Origin: Eledone cirrhosa
Taxonomy: Eukaryota
Assembly: GCA_964016885.1 (NCBI GenBank)
Contig: OZ024756.1
Location: 4,588,001 to 4,652,000 of the forward strand
Length of the DNA stretch: 64,000 bases
Reading direction: 5' to 3'
Part shown: piece after piece, positions 61,951-64,000 of the stretch
How positions within the stretch are numbered: the first letter of the stretch is position 1
How the letters are laid out: each line of letters opens with the position of its first letter
Notes under the pieces: generated by a model
Seen by the model: the letters and a program-made list of their open reading frames with translations, nothing else
Databases searched by the model: none
Told to the model about the DNA's origin: nothing
Translations under genes and position numbers: made by a program

Positions 61951-64000
61951 ACTGGAGATATCCTGGAGATATCCTGGAGATATACTGAAGATATCCTGGA
62001 GATATCCTGGAGATATACTGGGGATATACTAGAGATATACGGAGATATACTGGAGATATACTGGAGATATACTGGAGATATACTGGAGATATCCTGGAGA
62101 TATCCTGGAGATATACTGGAGATATACTGGAGATATACTGTAGATGTAGTAGAGATATCCTGGAGATATCCTGGAGATATACTGGAGATATACTGGAGAT
62201 ATACTGGAGATGTAGTAGAGATAAACTGGAGATATACTGGAAATATACTGGAGATATACTGAGATATACTGGAGATATACCTTAGATATACTTTAGATAT
62301 ACTTTAGATATACTGGAGATATACTGGAGATATACTGGAGATTTACTGGAGATATACTGGAGATATACTGGAGATATCCTGGAGATATCCTGGAGATATA
62401 CTGAAGATATCCTGGAGATATCCTGGAGATATACTGGGGATATACTAGAGATATACTGGAGATATACTGGGGATATACTAGAGATATACTGAGATATACT
62501 GGAGATTTACTGGAGATATACTGGAGATATACTGGATATATACTGGAGATATCCTGGAGATATCCTGGAGATACACTGGAGATATACTGGAGATATACTG
62601 GAGATATATTGTTGATATACTTAGATATACTGGAGATATGCTGGAGATATACTGGATATATACTAGAGATATACTGGAGATATACTGGTTACATACTAGA
62701 GATATACAGGAGATATCCTGGAGATACACTGGAGATATACTGGAGATATACTGGAGATATATTGTTGATATACTTAGATATACTGGAGATATACTGGAGA
62801 TATACTGGATATATACTAGAGATATACTGGAGATATACTGGAGATATACTGGAGATATACTGGAGATATACTGGAGATATGCTGGAGATATGCTGGAGAT
62901 ATCCTGGAGATATACTGTAGATATACTGGAGATATAGTGGGGATATACTGGAGATATACTGAGATATACTGTAGATATCCGAGAGATATACTGGAGATAC
63001 ACTGGAGATATAGTGGAGATATACTGGAGATATACTGGAGATATACTGGGGATATAATGGAGATATACTGAGATATACTGTAGATATCCGAGAGATAAAC
63101 TGGAGATATACTGGAGATATGCTGGAGATATACTGGTGATATACTGGAGATATCCTGGAGATATACTGGAGATATACTGGGGATATAATGGAGATATACT
63201 GAGATATACTTCAGATATCAGAGAGATATACTGGAGATATCCTGGAGATATACAGGAGATATACTGGAGATATCCTGGAGATATACTGGAGATATCCTGG
63301 AGATATACTGTAGATATACTGGAGATATACTGGGGATATACTGGAGATATACTGAGATATACTGTAGATATCCGAGAGATATACTGGAGATATACTGGAG
63401 ATATACTGGAGATATACTGGAGATATACTGGGGATATAATGGAGATATACTGAGATATACTGTAGATATCCGAGAGATAAACTGGAGATATACTGGAGAT
63501 ATGCTGGAGATATACTGGTGATATACTGGAGATATCCTGGAAATATACTGGAGATATACTGGGGATATAATGGAGATATACTGAGATATACTTCAGATAT
63601 CCGAGAGATATACTGGAGATATCCTGGAGATATACAGAAGATATACTGGAGATATCCTGGAGATATACTCTAGATATACTGGAGATATACTGGGGATATA
63701 ATGGAGATATACTGAGATATACTGTAGATATCCGAGACATATACTGGAGATATGCTGGAGATATACTGGAGATATACTGGAGATATACTGGAGATATCCT
63801 GGAGATACACTGGAGATATACTGGAGATATACTGGGGATATAATGGAGATATACTGAGATATACTGTAGATATCCGAGAGATATACTGGAGATATACTGG
63901 AGATATACTGGAGATATACTGGAGATATACTGGAGATATACTGTAGATATACTGGAGATATACTGGAGATATACTGGAGATATACTGGAGATATACTGGA
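56120..64000 (+). repeat. Tandem duplication, period about 5839/5828 bp; the second copy starts near 61960 and is cut off by the window end
   Basis: CGGAGATATA at 56201/62040 and TATACAGAAG at 57803/63631. ORF translations are identical at 56770/62609 and 57924/63752. Confidence 0.85.

Larger units (their letters stand above)
1..64000 (+). repeat. Satellite DNA array of an 11-bp monomer (CTGGAGATATA)n with 10-bp and substitution variants; roughly 5,800-5,900 monomers in one orientation, running off both window ends
   Basis: The monomer can be read directly on every line, e.g. the pure run at about 39630-39830. The count is 64000 divided by about 11. I saw no non-repeat spacer or reverse-complement block. 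Confidence 0.99.

Noticed and set aside
1092-63946. All ORFs in the supplied track as protein-coding genes
   Set aside because: They overlap on both strands and in all frames and are translations of the same 11-bp repeat. They start at chance ATG/TTG/GTG variants and are broken by 10-bp units, so frame is not preserved.
1-64000. CRISPR array, or a repeat-spacer or diversity-cassette system
   Set aside because: There are no unique spacers: the sequence between recurrent cassettes is the same 11-mer. No cas, reverse transcriptase or recombinase gene is present.
1-64000. Telomerase-synthesised telomeric tract
   Set aside because: The G skew is suggestive, but the motif does not resemble TTAGG/TTAGGG-type repeats. 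Variants are inherited in kb-scale duplicated blocks, which points to recombinational amplification. A subtelomeric location cannot be excluded.
1-64000. Pure technical artefact (oligo concatemer, rolling-circle product or base-calling stutter)
   Set aside because: Rare variants recur in nested, chronologically consistent patterns that random error would not produce. Individual duplications could still be assembly errors.
1-64000. TATA-like, -10-like (TATAAT/TATACT), Shine-Dalgarno-like (GGAG) and GATA (AGATAA) motifs as regulatory sites
   Set aside because: They are inherent to the monomer or its variants, occur from dozens to thousands of times, and have no gene to regulate.
1-64000. Assignment to a specific organism or named satellite family
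   Set aside because: I do not recognise the monomer with confidence and there is no unique flanking sequence. A database search is needed.

Overview
The whole 64-kb window is one uninterrupted, head-to-tail satellite array. Its 11-bp consensus monomer is CTGGAGATATA (reverse complement TATATCTCCAG; 4/11 GC, purine-rich on the + strand), interspersed with 10-bp deletion variants (mainly CTGAGATATA) and a limited set of substitution variants. I found no unique sequence, inversion, mobile element, RNA gene, CRISPR array or credible protein-coding gene. All listed ORFs arise because the 11-mer has no stop codon in any of six frames. The structure lies in the order of variant monomers: 131-bp and 153-bp higher-order units, nested kilobase duplications (periods about 853, 1804, 3055, 3.1 kb, 3378, 4722, 5.6-5.85 kb, 5839 and 10.6/15.1 kb), and three zones with different diagnostic variants. 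This fits a eukaryotic heterochromatic or (peri)centromeric satellite, but that role and the organism are inferences. The sequence does not support a new gene-based system.
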